In this document: positions 42,251-50,764 of the stretch, piece after piece
Layout: each line of letters begins with the position of its first letter
How positions within the stretch are numbered: position 1 is the first letter of the stretch
Source: a bacterium
GTDB lineage: Bacteria > Patescibacteriota > Dojkabacteria > JAKAPS01 > JAJZLI01
DNA length: 64,000 bases
Assembly (NCBI GenBank): GCA_021791275.1
Contig: JAJYWX010000001.1
Location: forward strand, 1,113 to 65,112
Direction: 5' to 3'
Program-made: the position numbers and the translations under genes
The notes under the pieces: model-generated
Databases searched by the model: none
The model's input: the letters and a program-made list of their open reading frames with translations, nothing else
What the model was told of the DNA's origin: nothing

Positions 42251-42676
42251 ATGCAAAAAAAATTAATTACACAAGTAAAATTACAAATAATGGCAGGAAA
42301 AGCTACCCCTACTCCGCCTATAGGTCCAGCACTAGGGCAACATGGAGTCAATATAATGGATTTCTGTAATCAATTTAATAATCAAACTAAAGATAAAGGA
42401 GATTTGATTTACCCAGTTGTAATAGATATATACGAAGATAGATCTTTTAAGTTTATTATAAAAACACCACCTGCAGCAATATTAATAAAAAAAGAGTTAA
42501 ATATAGAAAAAGGATCAAAAGAATCATTAAAAGAAAAAGTCGGGAAGTTAACAAAAGAACAGTTAAGAAGGATAGCTGAAATAAAACTTCCAGATTTAAA
42601 TACAAATGATATAGAAAAAGCACAAAAGATAATAGCTGGAACAGCTAGAAATATGGGAGTAACAATAGAAGATTAA
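42251..42676 (+). CDS. rplK: 50S ribosomal protein L11
   Basis: 141 aa. L11 signature [18 protein letters not shown]. Confidence 0.93.
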   Translation: MQKKLITQVKLQIMAGKATPTPPIGPALGQHGVNIMDFCNQFNNQTKDKGDLIYPVVIDIYEDRSFKFIIKTPPAAILIKKELNIEKGSKESLKEKVGKLTKEQLRRIAEIKLPDLNTNDIEKAQKIIAGTARNMGVTIED

Positions 42677-42680
42677 AAAT

Positions 42681-43373
42681 ATGAAAAAAAGAAGTAAAAA
42701 ATACAATGAAATAAAAAATAAAATTGAAGAGAAAGGTTTAAATGATTCTTTTGAATTAGTTAAAGATGTATCAATAAGTAGATTTAAAGGTTCCATAGAA
42801 GTTCACATTGCTCTAAAAACTTCAAAGAAAGAGAATAAACAAAATATAAGGGGCAGTGTATTTTATAAAAATTCTGTTGGAAAAAAGAAAAAGATACTTC
42901 TTTTTACAGACAGAAAAGATATTAATGAAAAATTAAAGAAACAGTTTGACTATATAGGACTGGATGAATATATAAAGAAAATTCAAGAAGGGTGGATTGA
43001 TTTTGATATTGCAATAGCAACACCTAACGTTATGCCACAAATAGCTATATTAGGAAAAATATTGGGACCAAGATCTCTTATGCCTAATCCTAAACTAGGT
43101 ACAGTCACAGATAATTTAGAAGGTATATTAAATGAATATAAGAGTGGAAAATTTGATTATAAATCCGACCAAATGGGTAATATACATACTATAATAGGTA
43201 ATGTTGATAATACAAAAGAAGAATTATTAGATAATTTTAGTGATTTAATGAAATCAATATTAAATGTTACAGGTAAACCAATACAATCTGCTTTTAAAAG
43301 TATATATCTAGCACCTACAATTGGACCTTCAATTAAACTAGAAAATGACGATATCATTAAATTATTATCATGA
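42681..43373 (+). CDS. rplA: 50S ribosomal protein L1
   Basis: 230 aa, L1-like, directly after rplK. Confidence 0.9.
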   Translation: MKKRSKKYNEIKNKIEEKGLNDSFELVKDVSISRFKGSIEVHIALKTSKKENKQNIRGSVFYKNSVGKKKKILLFTDRKDINEKLKKQFDYIGLDEYIKKIQEGWIDFDIAIATPNVMPQIAILGKILGPRSLMPNPKLGTVTDNLEGILNEYKSGKFDYKSDQMGNIHTIIGNVDNTKEELLDNFSDLMKSILNVTGKPIQSAFKSIYLAPTIGPSIKLENDDIIKLLS

Positions 43374-43444
43374 TTGATTTATAATAAAATATATATTAGT
43401 ATGTTATTATCACACTAGATATTTCCAATAAATAATTTAAAAAA

Positions 43445-44722
43445 ATGAAAGATAAAGATTTAGAAATATTTTCACTACAAAGTTTAGATTCAAAAAGTCT
43501 TGCAGATTTAAGAATCATAGCTGAAAAAGAAAAAATACCTGATTATCAAGAGTTGAATAAAAGGGATCTAATATTATCAATTTTAAAAGTATTAGATAAA
43601 AATGACACAGGTATAAGTATTGAAGGCATATTAGAAATAATAAATGATGGAATACATGGGATATTAAGATCATATACTCTACTTCCAGGAGAGAATGATG
43701 TATATGTATCAGGATCACAAATAAAGAAATTTAACCTGAAACAAGGAGACTATATCAAAGGGAAGGCAAGACTGCCAAAGGACAACGAAAGGTACTTAAG
43801 TATACTAAAAATAGAAAAAATAAATGAAAGAGATCCCAATGAAGCTGCAAAAAGAACTCCGTTCGAAAGGCTAACACCAATATTTCCTGCTGAACAAATA
43901 AAATTAGAGATTGACCAATTTAGACTTTCAAACAGAATAATAGATTTATTATCTCCTATTGGCAAAGGGCAAAGGGGAATGATAGTATCTCCTCCTAAAT
44001 CAGGGAAGACGACACTATTAAAAGATATTGCTGACGGTATATCAGAAAACCACAAAGAAATACATTTAATGATATTACTAATAGGAGAAAGACCTGAAGA
44101 GGTAACAGATATAAGGAAATCTACAAAAGCAGAAGTTTTCGCTTCAAATTTTGACGAGCAACCAGAAAATCAAATCAAAGTCGCAGAAATAGTTTTGGAT
44201 AGATCTAAAAGGTTAGTAGAAGAAGGTAAGGATGTAGTGATATTAGTAGATAGTTTAACTAGATTAGCTAGAGCATATAATATTACTGTTCCTCCATCAG
44301 GAAGAACATTATCAGGGGGATTTGATCCAATAGCACTATATCCTCCAAAGAAATTCTTTGGATCAGCAAGGAATCTTGAGGAATATGGTAGTTTAACTAT
44401 TATAGCAACAGCACTAGTTGATACTGGAAGTAGAATGGATGATTTAGTTTATGAAGAATTTAAAGGTACTGGAAATATGGAACTACATTTAGATAGAAAA
44501 CTATCTGAAAGAAGAATATACCCTGCAATTGATGTTGTAAAATCAGGAACAAGACACGAAGAGAAATTGTTATCTCCTGAAGTACTAAATCAATCTTGGA
44601 TTATAAGGAGAATGCTTGACACTCTAAAATCTGGAGAAAGCAGTGAGTTGCTTATAGAAAGACTGAAAAAGACTAAAAATAATAACGAATTTTTACTCAC
44701 ATTACATGAAAATCTAAATTAA
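43445..44722 (+). CDS. rho: transcription termination factor Rho
   Basis: 425 aa. N-terminal Rho_N helix and CSD-like RNA-binding domain, RecA-type ATPase with Walker A GKGQRGMIVSPPKSGKTT. Confidence 0.92.
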   Translation: MKDKDLEIFSLQSLDSKSLADLRIIAEKEKIPDYQELNKRDLILSILKVLDKNDTGISIEGILEIINDGIHGILRSYTLLPGENDVYVSGSQIKKFNLKQGDYIKGKARLPKDNERYLSILKIEKINERDPNEAAKRTPFERLTPIFPAEQIKLEIDQFRLSNRIIDLLSPIGKGQRGMIVSPPKSGKTTLLKDIADGISENHKEIHLMILLIGERPEEVTDIRKSTKAEVFASNFDEQPENQIKVAEIVLDRSKRLVEEGKDVVILVDSLTRLARAYNITVPPSGRTLSGGFDPIALYPPKKFFGSARNLEEYGSLTIIATALVDTGSRMDDLVYEEFKGTGNMELHLDRKLSERRIYPAIDVVKSGTRHEEKLLSPEVLNQSWIIRRMLDTLKSGESSELLIERLKKTKNNNEFLLTLHENLN

Positions 44723-44737
44723 ATAATTATAAATTAT

Positions 44738-45343
44738 TTACCATCCCATGTAATCTTGACTACTTATCTTATAATCAAATAATTCATCCTCTTTAAACCA
44801 AAGATTAATTTCATATTCAGCATCTTCAACTGAGCTAGATGCATGAATCAAATTATATATAGATCTCTTCTGAAAAGTTGCTATATCTAAATTATCCCAA
44901 GAATAATCTCCCCTAATTGTTCCAGCAGGAGATTCAATTGGATAGGTTGACCCAACAATTTTCCTAATCAATTTAATACATCCAGGTCCTTCCATAACGA
45001 TAGCTATAACAGGACCCAATGTTAAATACTTTTCATTTGAAGTATTTATAAATTTCCCTATTTCAAAAGGATCTGTAGTATTGAAATCTTTCTCTAACTC
45101 ATTTAATTTATTCTTATTTTTATAATCATCTATAACTTTATTCCCAACATTTAAACACCATTCTTCCGATACAGGATAGTGCTTTTTTGCCAAATATGAA
45201 TCAGGAAAAACCATTTTCATTCCTATAATCTTCAACCCAAGTTTTTCAAACCTGGATAATATTTCTCCTACAATACTCCTTGATACTCCATCATGTTTTA
45301 TTAAAATTAAAGATTTCTCATAGAATTTACTATTTTTGCTCAT
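44738..45343 (-). CDS. ndk: nucleoside-diphosphate kinase (with ~50-aa insertion)
   Basis: 201 aa. N-terminal LILIKHDGVSR (cf. FIMIKPDGVQR) and active-site His in NLIHASSS (cf. NIIHGSD). Confidence 0.75.
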   Translation of the reverse strand: MSKNSKFYEKSLILIKHDGVSRSIVGEILSRFEKLGLKIIGMKMVFPDSYLAKKHYPVSEEWCLNVGNKVIDDYKNKNKLNELEKDFNTTDPFEIGKFINTSNEKYLTLGPVIAIVMEGPGCIKLIRKIVGSTYPIESPAGTIRGDYSWDNLDIATFQKRSIYNLIHASSSVEDAEYEINLWFKEDELFDYKISSQDYMGW

Positions 45344-45370
45344 GATGTATGTTATTCCAATAAAATAAAT

Positions 45371-45399
45371 TTAACATATTGATGATTTTACTATATAAT
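45371..45399 (+). promoter_or_regulatory. candidate sigma-70-type promoter for tRNA-Arg (TTAACA-17-TATAAT)
   Basis: TTAACA at 45371-45376, 17-nt spacer, TATAAT at 45394-45399, 21 nt before the tRNA. Confidence 0.4.
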
Positions 45400-45420
45400 A
45401 TTTATTTATTCAAAAGCTAC

Positions 45421-45494
45421 GTCCCTGTAGCTCAGATGGATAGAGTGTCTCGGTCCTAACGAGAAGGTCATAGGTTCGAATCCTATCAGGGATA
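45421..45494 (+). tRNA. tRNA-Arg (anticodon CCU)
   Basis: Acceptor GTCCCTG/CAGGGAT (G1:U72), D-arm GCTC-AGATGGATA-GAGT, anticodon loop GTCCTAA, T-arm ATAGG-TTCGAAT-CCTAT. Confidence 0.85.
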
Positions 45495-45498
45495 ATGA

Positions 45499-46965
45499 TT
45501 ATAGTGAAAAAGGAAATATACTAGAATTCTTAATCAAATTTACAACATAAAGATATTTCTTACCACCTTTGAATGCATAATTAAATAGTAGATAATTATC
45601 ACCCGGAGAAATATAATAGTTTCCAATACTATTATTGGATATTAAATATTTATTATTTGACCCTATTGCTTGTTCATAAATGGACAAAGTCCCTCCCGAA
45701 GAATTCTTCTGTTGATAAAATATATAACTACCTAGATCGAATGGAGTTAAATTGTACATACTACTATAATCATTGCTAATAAGGGTATAAGAAGAATTTC
45801 CTATATAATAGGCATATAAGCTATTTGCCTTAGAAAGGATTATATAATTATTTTGGTCTCTAAAACTGACTAAATTATAATTTTTAGCAAACTTTATTCT
45901 ACCTGATAAGATATCATTTTTTATAGACAACAAATAATTATATCCGTTATTTGATGAAGCAACGATATATCCTCCAAAATTATTACCCAAAAGATTTGTC
46001 ACCTTTCCAGAAATCTTTGTTAAGGTGATTTTATCTGTTCCATCAATATTTGATATAAAAATATCAGTTTCGTTATTACTAAGATCATAATAAGTATATA
46101 CTATCTGTGATCCCAAAATTTCATAATGAAAGTCTTCAGATCCAAATAAAAACAGATATGCCTGCCCAGTAGATATATTTACACTTCCTAGCAAACTGCC
46201 TGATTGAATGATTATGTATTCAGATGACCCAGCAAAAGAAACCTTATTTATATTATTAATATATGGCAAATTAAAAAGCGACAATTTCCCAGAGGATACA
46301 TCATACAAATAGTAAATTTTATTATATTCTATAAGAAGATATGAATTTGAATAATCAGACATAATATTTATATTATACTTTGGATTAAAATTTAATTTTT
46401 TGGATAGATTAAATAGATATATAGGAAGAGTGCTTTTATTAATTTGAGATAAATCTAAATAATAAACTTTATACTCTTTTGATAAAGTTTCAACTATAAT
46501 GTATAAATAGTTATTTTGATATTTATAAAAGGTTTTATATACATATCCATCAGTTGATACTATACTCTGATTAATCTTACTAGGGATTAAGAATGCATCT
46601 ATATTTGTTATAATACTTGGTTTTACAGTGACTAAGCTTTGCCAAGCCACATAATTATTGGACTCAATCCTTAAATTATATGATCCCGGATTTAATGAAT
46701 TTAAAACGACAGGAGATGTTCCTATATAATGACCATTTAGATATACGTTGGAATTATTAGGAGTTGTATTTACTCGTAGTATACCAGTTGTTGTGATTGT
46801 AAAATTAGATAAATTTAGAGTGTATCCCCTAGCCACAAGCACAATTACACCCGCAACAATCAATAGTATCAATATAACAAAGAAAGAGTTTATCCTAGAA
46901 TATAATTTACTCTCCTTTAATTTATGAAAATTGCCCTTCTTGCTATTCTTAATGTCATTTTTCAT
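45499..46965 (-). CDS. membrane-anchored PEGA-domain protein with a repeat-rich (beta-propeller-like) ectodomain
   Basis: 488 aa. N-terminal TM (FFVILILLIVAGVIVLV), a PEGA-like segment (RVNTTPNNSNVYLNGHYIGTSPVVLNSLNPGSYNLRIE), then ~350 aa of Tyr/Asn/Ser-rich repeats ending -YY / -LY. Confidence 0.4.
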   Translation of the reverse strand: MKNDIKNSKKGNFHKLKESKLYSRINSFFVILILLIVAGVIVLVARGYTLNLSNFTITTTGILRVNTTPNNSNVYLNGHYIGTSPVVLNSLNPGSYNLRIESNNYVAWQSLVTVKPSIITNIDAFLIPSKINQSIVSTDGYVYKTFYKYQNNYLYIIVETLSKEYKVYYLDLSQINKSTLPIYLFNLSKKLNFNPKYNINIMSDYSNSYLLIEYNKIYYLYDVSSGKLSLFNLPYINNINKVSFAGSSEYIIIQSGSLLGSVNISTGQAYLFLFGSEDFHYEILGSQIVYTYYDLSNNETDIFISNIDGTDKITLTKISGKVTNLLGNNFGGYIVASSNNGYNYLLSIKNDILSGRIKFAKNYNLVSFRDQNNYIILSKANSLYAYYIGNSSYTLISNDYSSMYNLTPFDLGSYIFYQQKNSSGGTLSIYEQAIGSNNKYLISNNSIGNYYISPGDNYLLFNYAFKGGKKYLYVVNLIKNSSIFPFSL

Positions 46966-47028
46966 ATTTCATATTATTTATAGTATATGTTAAAATTATA
47001 CCATAAAATAATATCTTATCATTAAATC

Positions 47029-48039
47029 ATGTTAAATAATAATAAATTTGGACTAGACTTTGGAACATCTAATTCACTTATATCTCTTCAGAATAAAGGA
47101 ATAATATTAAATGAACCATCTGTAGTAGCAATATCAATAGATGACAATTCAATAATATCAATTGGGTATGAAGCAAAAGAAATGCTTGGCAAAACCCCAG
47201 AGGGAATAATATCAAAAAAACCAATTAAAGGAGGAGCTATAGCAAATTACAAAATATCTGAAATGATGATTAAATACTTTTTCTCAAAAGTCCCAAAGAC
47301 CAAATTTTTAACAGGATCTCAAGTTGTATCAAGCGTTTCTTCAGGATTAACTTCTGTAGAGAAAAGAGCTCTCTACGAAGCTATAATCAATTCTGGTGCA
47401 AAAAAGGTTTTCCTTATGCAAGAGACTCTACTAACTGCAATAGGATCAAACTTACCTATAGGAACATCTTCTGGAAATATGGTTATCAATATAGGCGGTG
47501 GCACTGCTGAATTTGCCATAATATCCCTTAATGGCGTTGTAGTTTCTGATTCAATAAGGGTTGGAGGTGAATACATAAATGACTCAATAATTAATTTTTT
47601 GAAAAAAAATAGATCAATAGTTATTGGGGATCAAATGGCAGAAAATATTAAAATAGAAATAGGGTCTGCGTTACCTTTAACTTCCCCATTAGAGATGGAA
47701 ATAAAAGGAAGGGATTCTATTACTGGAATGCCCAAATCAATAAATATAGATACGAATACTGTAGTTGAAGCTATCAAATCACCTTTAAATCTTATTATAC
47801 AGACTACTCGACAGTTACTAGAAAGAACACCACCTGAACTTTCTTCAGATATTATAGATAGAGGAATACTCTTAAGTGGAGGAACAGCACTATTAAGAAA
47901 TATAGATACTCTACTCTCTAGGGCAATAGGTATACCTGTATATATCAGCGATAACCCATTACTAACAGTCTCCAATGGAGCATCTGAAGCATTAAAGTAT
48001 ATGGATTCTCTTTCAAAAAATATAAAGAATCCATTATAG
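47029..48039 (+). CDS. second MreB-like actin homologue (divergent paralogue); catalytic Asp of phosphate-2 loop replaced by Asn
   Basis: 336 aa, roughly 40% identical by eye to the mreB at 35536-36594. It has GLDFGTSNS (phosphate-1), QETLLTAIG, INIGGGTAEF (DIGGG is replaced by NIGGG), and SGGTALL (adenosine motif). Confidence 0.8.
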   Translation: MLNNNKFGLDFGTSNSLISLQNKGIILNEPSVVAISIDDNSIISIGYEAKEMLGKTPEGIISKKPIKGGAIANYKISEMMIKYFFSKVPKTKFLTGSQVVSSVSSGLTSVEKRALYEAIINSGAKKVFLMQETLLTAIGSNLPIGTSSGNMVINIGGGTAEFAIISLNGVVVSDSIRVGGEYINDSIINFLKKNRSIVIGDQMAENIKIEIGSALPLTSPLEMEIKGRDSITGMPKSINIDTNTVVEAIKSPLNLIIQTTRQLLERTPPELSSDIIDRGILLSGGTALLRNIDTLLSRAIGIPVYISDNPLLTVSNGASEALKYMDSLSKNIKNPL

Positions 48040-48047
48040 ATTAAGGC

Positions 48048-49367
48048 ATGTATATATTTATATTATTAATAACAATATACTTAATTCTAGGTATAATAAG
48101 CATTAACTATCCTAAGCTACTCCTGCCAATATCTATATGCCTATTACCCTTAGAAAGATTTAACATATATATGGGGTTCTCTCTATCTCCATTAATATTA
48201 TATATACCAATAATATTACTATCTATATTTACTAATTTTAAAGAAATCAAAAAACAAATAAAGTTATATCCAATTAATAAAACTATTATTTATTCTCTTT
48301 TATTAATATTACTAGCAATAATTGTTACTGACGTTTTTGCAATAAATAGATTTTTATCATTAAAATCCTCAATATATGTCTTTATAACAGTATTTATGTT
48401 TATATTCGGATATTTATATATATCAATTTATAAAAATATAAAGACCATAATAAATAGTATAATAGTATCTGATCTAATAGTATCAATTTATGGAATAATA
48501 CAGTTTATATCTTATCTATTTTTCAAGAAGGATAGAATCGGATTATACAAGATTCTACATTCTTCCACAATTAATCCTAGTTATTTTTTAATAACAATTC
48601 ACCATATCTCAATTCTACGACCGGATTCAACATTCACTGATGTAAATACTGCTGCGGGATATATATTACTCTCTTTACCAATGATTCTAACACTATATAT
48701 TTTAAATAAAAGAAAAAAATATAATGAATATATTAATAGATATTTAATAAATTTATCCCCAATAATAGCAATATATTTTATATTGACTTTTTCAAAAAGT
48801 GCCTTTATTGGATTATTTATAATAATCTTGTATTTAATATATATTTATAAAATATATAAAAATACCTTATTTAAATATTTCTTTACTCTAACTGTTATTT
48901 TAGTATTAGCTATATCTTACAAAATTAACTTAATAAAGTATGTATATACGAAAGAAAAATATTCATATTTAGGTCATTTTATATTAACTAAATATTCTTA
49001 TTATATATTTGAAAAACACCCCATTACTGGAACAGGAATAGGAAGTTTTACTTACTACTTCGGAACATATATAAAACCCTATATACAATATTATTATAAT
49101 AATATTGATAATCCTCCAGTAATATTACTATGGCTTTCAGAGATAGGTTTAATAGGATTTATTGCATATCTAAATTTCTTTATAAATTATTTCAGAGATA
49201 TAGTGGGATCAAATCATAGAAAAAGTACTTTAAGGAAATACCTTGAAAAAGCATTTATTGCAGGTATAATAGGGATATTGATAGCAAATTTATTTCATTC
49301 CTATCTAACACTAATATTTAATTGGGAATTAATGGGAGTATTTTTAGGTATAATATATATCATATAA
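48048..49367 (+). CDS. polytopic membrane protein, O-antigen ligase/polymerase (Wzy_C / WaaL-PglL superfamily)-like
   Basis: 439 aa with about 10-12 TM segments. A C-proximal loop reads FEKHPITGTGIGSFTYYF...LLWLSEIGLIGFIAY, resembling the Wzy_C H...E.G..G signature. Starts 9 nt after the MreB-paralogue stop. Confidence 0.45.
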   Translation: MYIFILLITIYLILGIISINYPKLLLPISICLLPLERFNIYMGFSLSPLILYIPIILLSIFTNFKEIKKQIKLYPINKTIIYSLLLILLAIIVTDVFAINRFLSLKSSIYVFITVFMFIFGYLYISIYKNIKTIINSIIVSDLIVSIYGIIQFISYLFFKKDRIGLYKILHSSTINPSYFLITIHHISILRPDSTFTDVNTAAGYILLSLPMILTLYILNKRKKYNEYINRYLINLSPIIAIYFILTFSKSAFIGLFIIILYLIYIYKIYKNTLFKYFFTLTVILVLAISYKINLIKYVYTKEKYSYLGHFILTKYSYYIFEKHPITGTGIGSFTYYFGTYIKPYIQYYYNNIDNPPVILLWLSEIGLIGFIAYLNFFINYFRDIVGSNHRKSTLRKYLEKAFIAGIIGILIANLFHSYLTLIFNWELMGVFLGIIYII

Positions 49368-49400
49368 GAGTAGACAAATTTAAAATAAATTTGCCTACTC
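49368..49400. terminator. bidirectional intrinsic-terminator-like hairpin between convergent genes (Wzy_C-like gene and rplL)
   Basis: GAGTAGACAAATTT-aaaat-AAATTTGCCTACTC is a 14-bp stem with one A/C mismatch. It lies exactly between the stop at 49367 (+) and the stop at 49416 (-). Confidence 0.4.
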
Positions 49401-49415
49401 AAACTAATTAAAATA

Positions 49416-49820
49416 TTATTTTAAGGTTATTTTTGCTCCAACCTCTTCAAATAATTTCTTTATTTTATCTGCTTCTTCTTTGTTAACTGACTCTTTCAAT
49501 GCCTTTGGAGTAGCCTCTGTTATATCTTTTGCTTCCTTTAAACCTAATTCTGGATTAATGCTTCTAATAGCCTTAATAACTTCAATCTTCTTATCTCCTG
49601 CACTTTCTAGAATTACATCAAATGAATCTTTCGCTTCTTGACTCTGAGAACCATCTTGTTGTGCTGAATTATTATCTCCATTAGGCGCTGAAACGACTTG
49701 AACTTGACTACTAGCCTTTACTCCAAATTCATCCTCAAGAGCCTTTACCAACTCAGATATCTCCAAGATATTCATTTTCCCTATTTCAGAGATTATATCT
49801 TTAATTTTTTTATTTTCCAT
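49416..49820 (-). CDS. rplL: 50S ribosomal protein L7/L12
   Basis: 134 aa. N-terminal dimerisation helix, Ala/Gly/Ser/Gln hinge, C-terminal domain ...EAKDITEATPKALKE... Confidence 0.92.
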   Translation of the reverse strand: MENKKIKDIISEIGKMNILEISELVKALEDEFGVKASSQVQVVSAPNGDNNSAQQDGSQSQEAKDSFDVILESAGDKKIEVIKAIRSINPELGLKEAKDITEATPKALKESVNKEEADKIKKLFEEVGAKITLK

Positions 49821-49824
49821 AAAC

Positions 49825-50358
49825 TTATTTCACCCCCTCTTCTTTAGTATTTTTAATTGAATTTAAAACATTTATTAATGAAACTGCTGAGAAACTTAGT
49901 GAATTGACTAAGTTTTCCAGATTACCATTCAAAATATAAATCAACTTTAATATAAGAACCTCTATAGAATCTATACTTGCCAGATCTAAAATCATATTTT
50001 TATCTATAAGATTATTATTTAAAATACCAAATTTTATTTCTATTCCTAATTCTTTAGAAAAATTCAATATTTCCTTCGCAAAAATATTTGAATTATTAGG
50101 TGCAAAAACAACAGAATTATATCCGTATATCAAATCTAATAAAGTATTGGAACTATTATTTTTTGCTAAAACTCTCTTAAAAAGAGTATTTTTTATTAAT
50201 TTATATTCTCCGCCAATAGATTTTATTTTATCTCTAATAATTTCCAATTGATATACTGTTAATCCAGATGTATCCATAAAAAATATAGCTTCTGAGGAAT
50301 CAATTCCTTTTTCATAAGAAACTATTATCTCTTGTTTTTTTAATTTATTTATAGCCAT
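49825..50358 (-). CDS. rplJ: 50S ribosomal protein L10
   Basis: 177 aa, L10-like, immediately upstream of rplL. Confidence 0.85.
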   Translation of the reverse strand: MAINKLKKQEIIVSYEKGIDSSEAIFFMDTSGLTVYQLEIIRDKIKSIGGEYKLIKNTLFKRVLAKNNSSNTLLDLIYGYNSVVFAPNNSNIFAKEILNFSKELGIEIKFGILNNNLIDKNMILDLASIDSIEVLILKLIYILNGNLENLVNSLSFSAVSLINVLNSIKNTKEEGVK

Positions 50359-50648
50359 TTAAATGAAAATATAAGTTTAAATAGGATGAACTTTTAATCT
50401 CTTAGAGATCCTATTGTCTAAAACTTAACAACTGATATATTCTATATCAATTAATATTTTTAGTCAACAAAAAAGGGATCGGTACTGCCCCCCACCGATC
50501 CCAATAATAAATTAAATTAATTTAACTTATTATTTAAAACTCATTTCCATGGGTCCAGCAAAGCTTCTTTTACTAACCAGCCCCAGGGAGATGAGTTTTA
50601 GTATCAAAAGAACAATTAAATTTTATCCCATAACATTATTTTTGTCAA
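50359..50648 (-). promoter_or_regulatory. rplJL promoter plus structured 5' leader (L10-leader-type autoregulatory region)
   Basis: On the minus strand, TTGACA (plus 50643-50648), a 17-nt spacer, then TAAAAT (plus 50620-50625). The ~250-nt leader contains a 60-nt imperfect hairpin (plus 50536-50599: AAAACUCAUCUCC...GGAAAUGAGUUUU), the attenuator hairpin, and a nested hairpin (AATAGGAT...ATCTC-TTA-GAGAT...ATCCTATT, plus 50382-50420) just upstream of the rplJ ATG. Confidence 0.5.
50469..50502 (-). terminator. intrinsic terminator/attenuator hairpin inside the rplJ leader
   Basis: Minus strand reads GGGATCGGT-GGGGGGCAGT-ACCGATCCC followed by TTTTTTGTTG. It is the strongest GC stem in this AT-rich window and sits about 120 nt upstream of the rplJ start. 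Confidence 0.6.
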
Positions 50649-50713
50649 CCCCATAATTAAAATCCAGTCAAAACAGAAAGATAAGTGGCTTCAATAAAGA
50701 CTATTTCAAATTA

Positions 50714-50751
50714 TGTGGATAACTTTTTGGGGTGATTGTTATTGTGGATAA
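50714..50751 (-). promoter_or_regulatory. pair of perfect consensus DnaA boxes (TTATCCACA x2, same orientation, 29 bp apart)
   Basis: Plus strand shows tgtggataa at 50714-50722 and 50743-50751. Read on the minus strand both are TTATCCACA, just downstream of the clpC-like stop and upstream of the rplJ promoter. Confidence 0.5.
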
Positions 50752-50764
50752 GTGGTGTAATGTT

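Noticed and set aside
45421-49400. Genomic island integrated at tRNA-Arg(CCU) carrying the PEGA-MreB2-Wzy_C module
   Set aside because: No integrase, no direct repeat of the tRNA 3' end seen at the far boundary, and no compositional shift. The module looks native.
50536-50599. Stand-alone small RNA (SRP/4.5S or 6S RNA) between clpC and rplJ, with its own promoter and terminator
   Set aside because: No SRP domain-IV motif (GGAA tetraloop / AGCAGC asymmetric loop) was found, and a ~130-nt length fits neither 6S nor 4.5S well. The position directly upstream of rplJ fits an L10 leader/attenuator. Only a covariance-model search can settle it.
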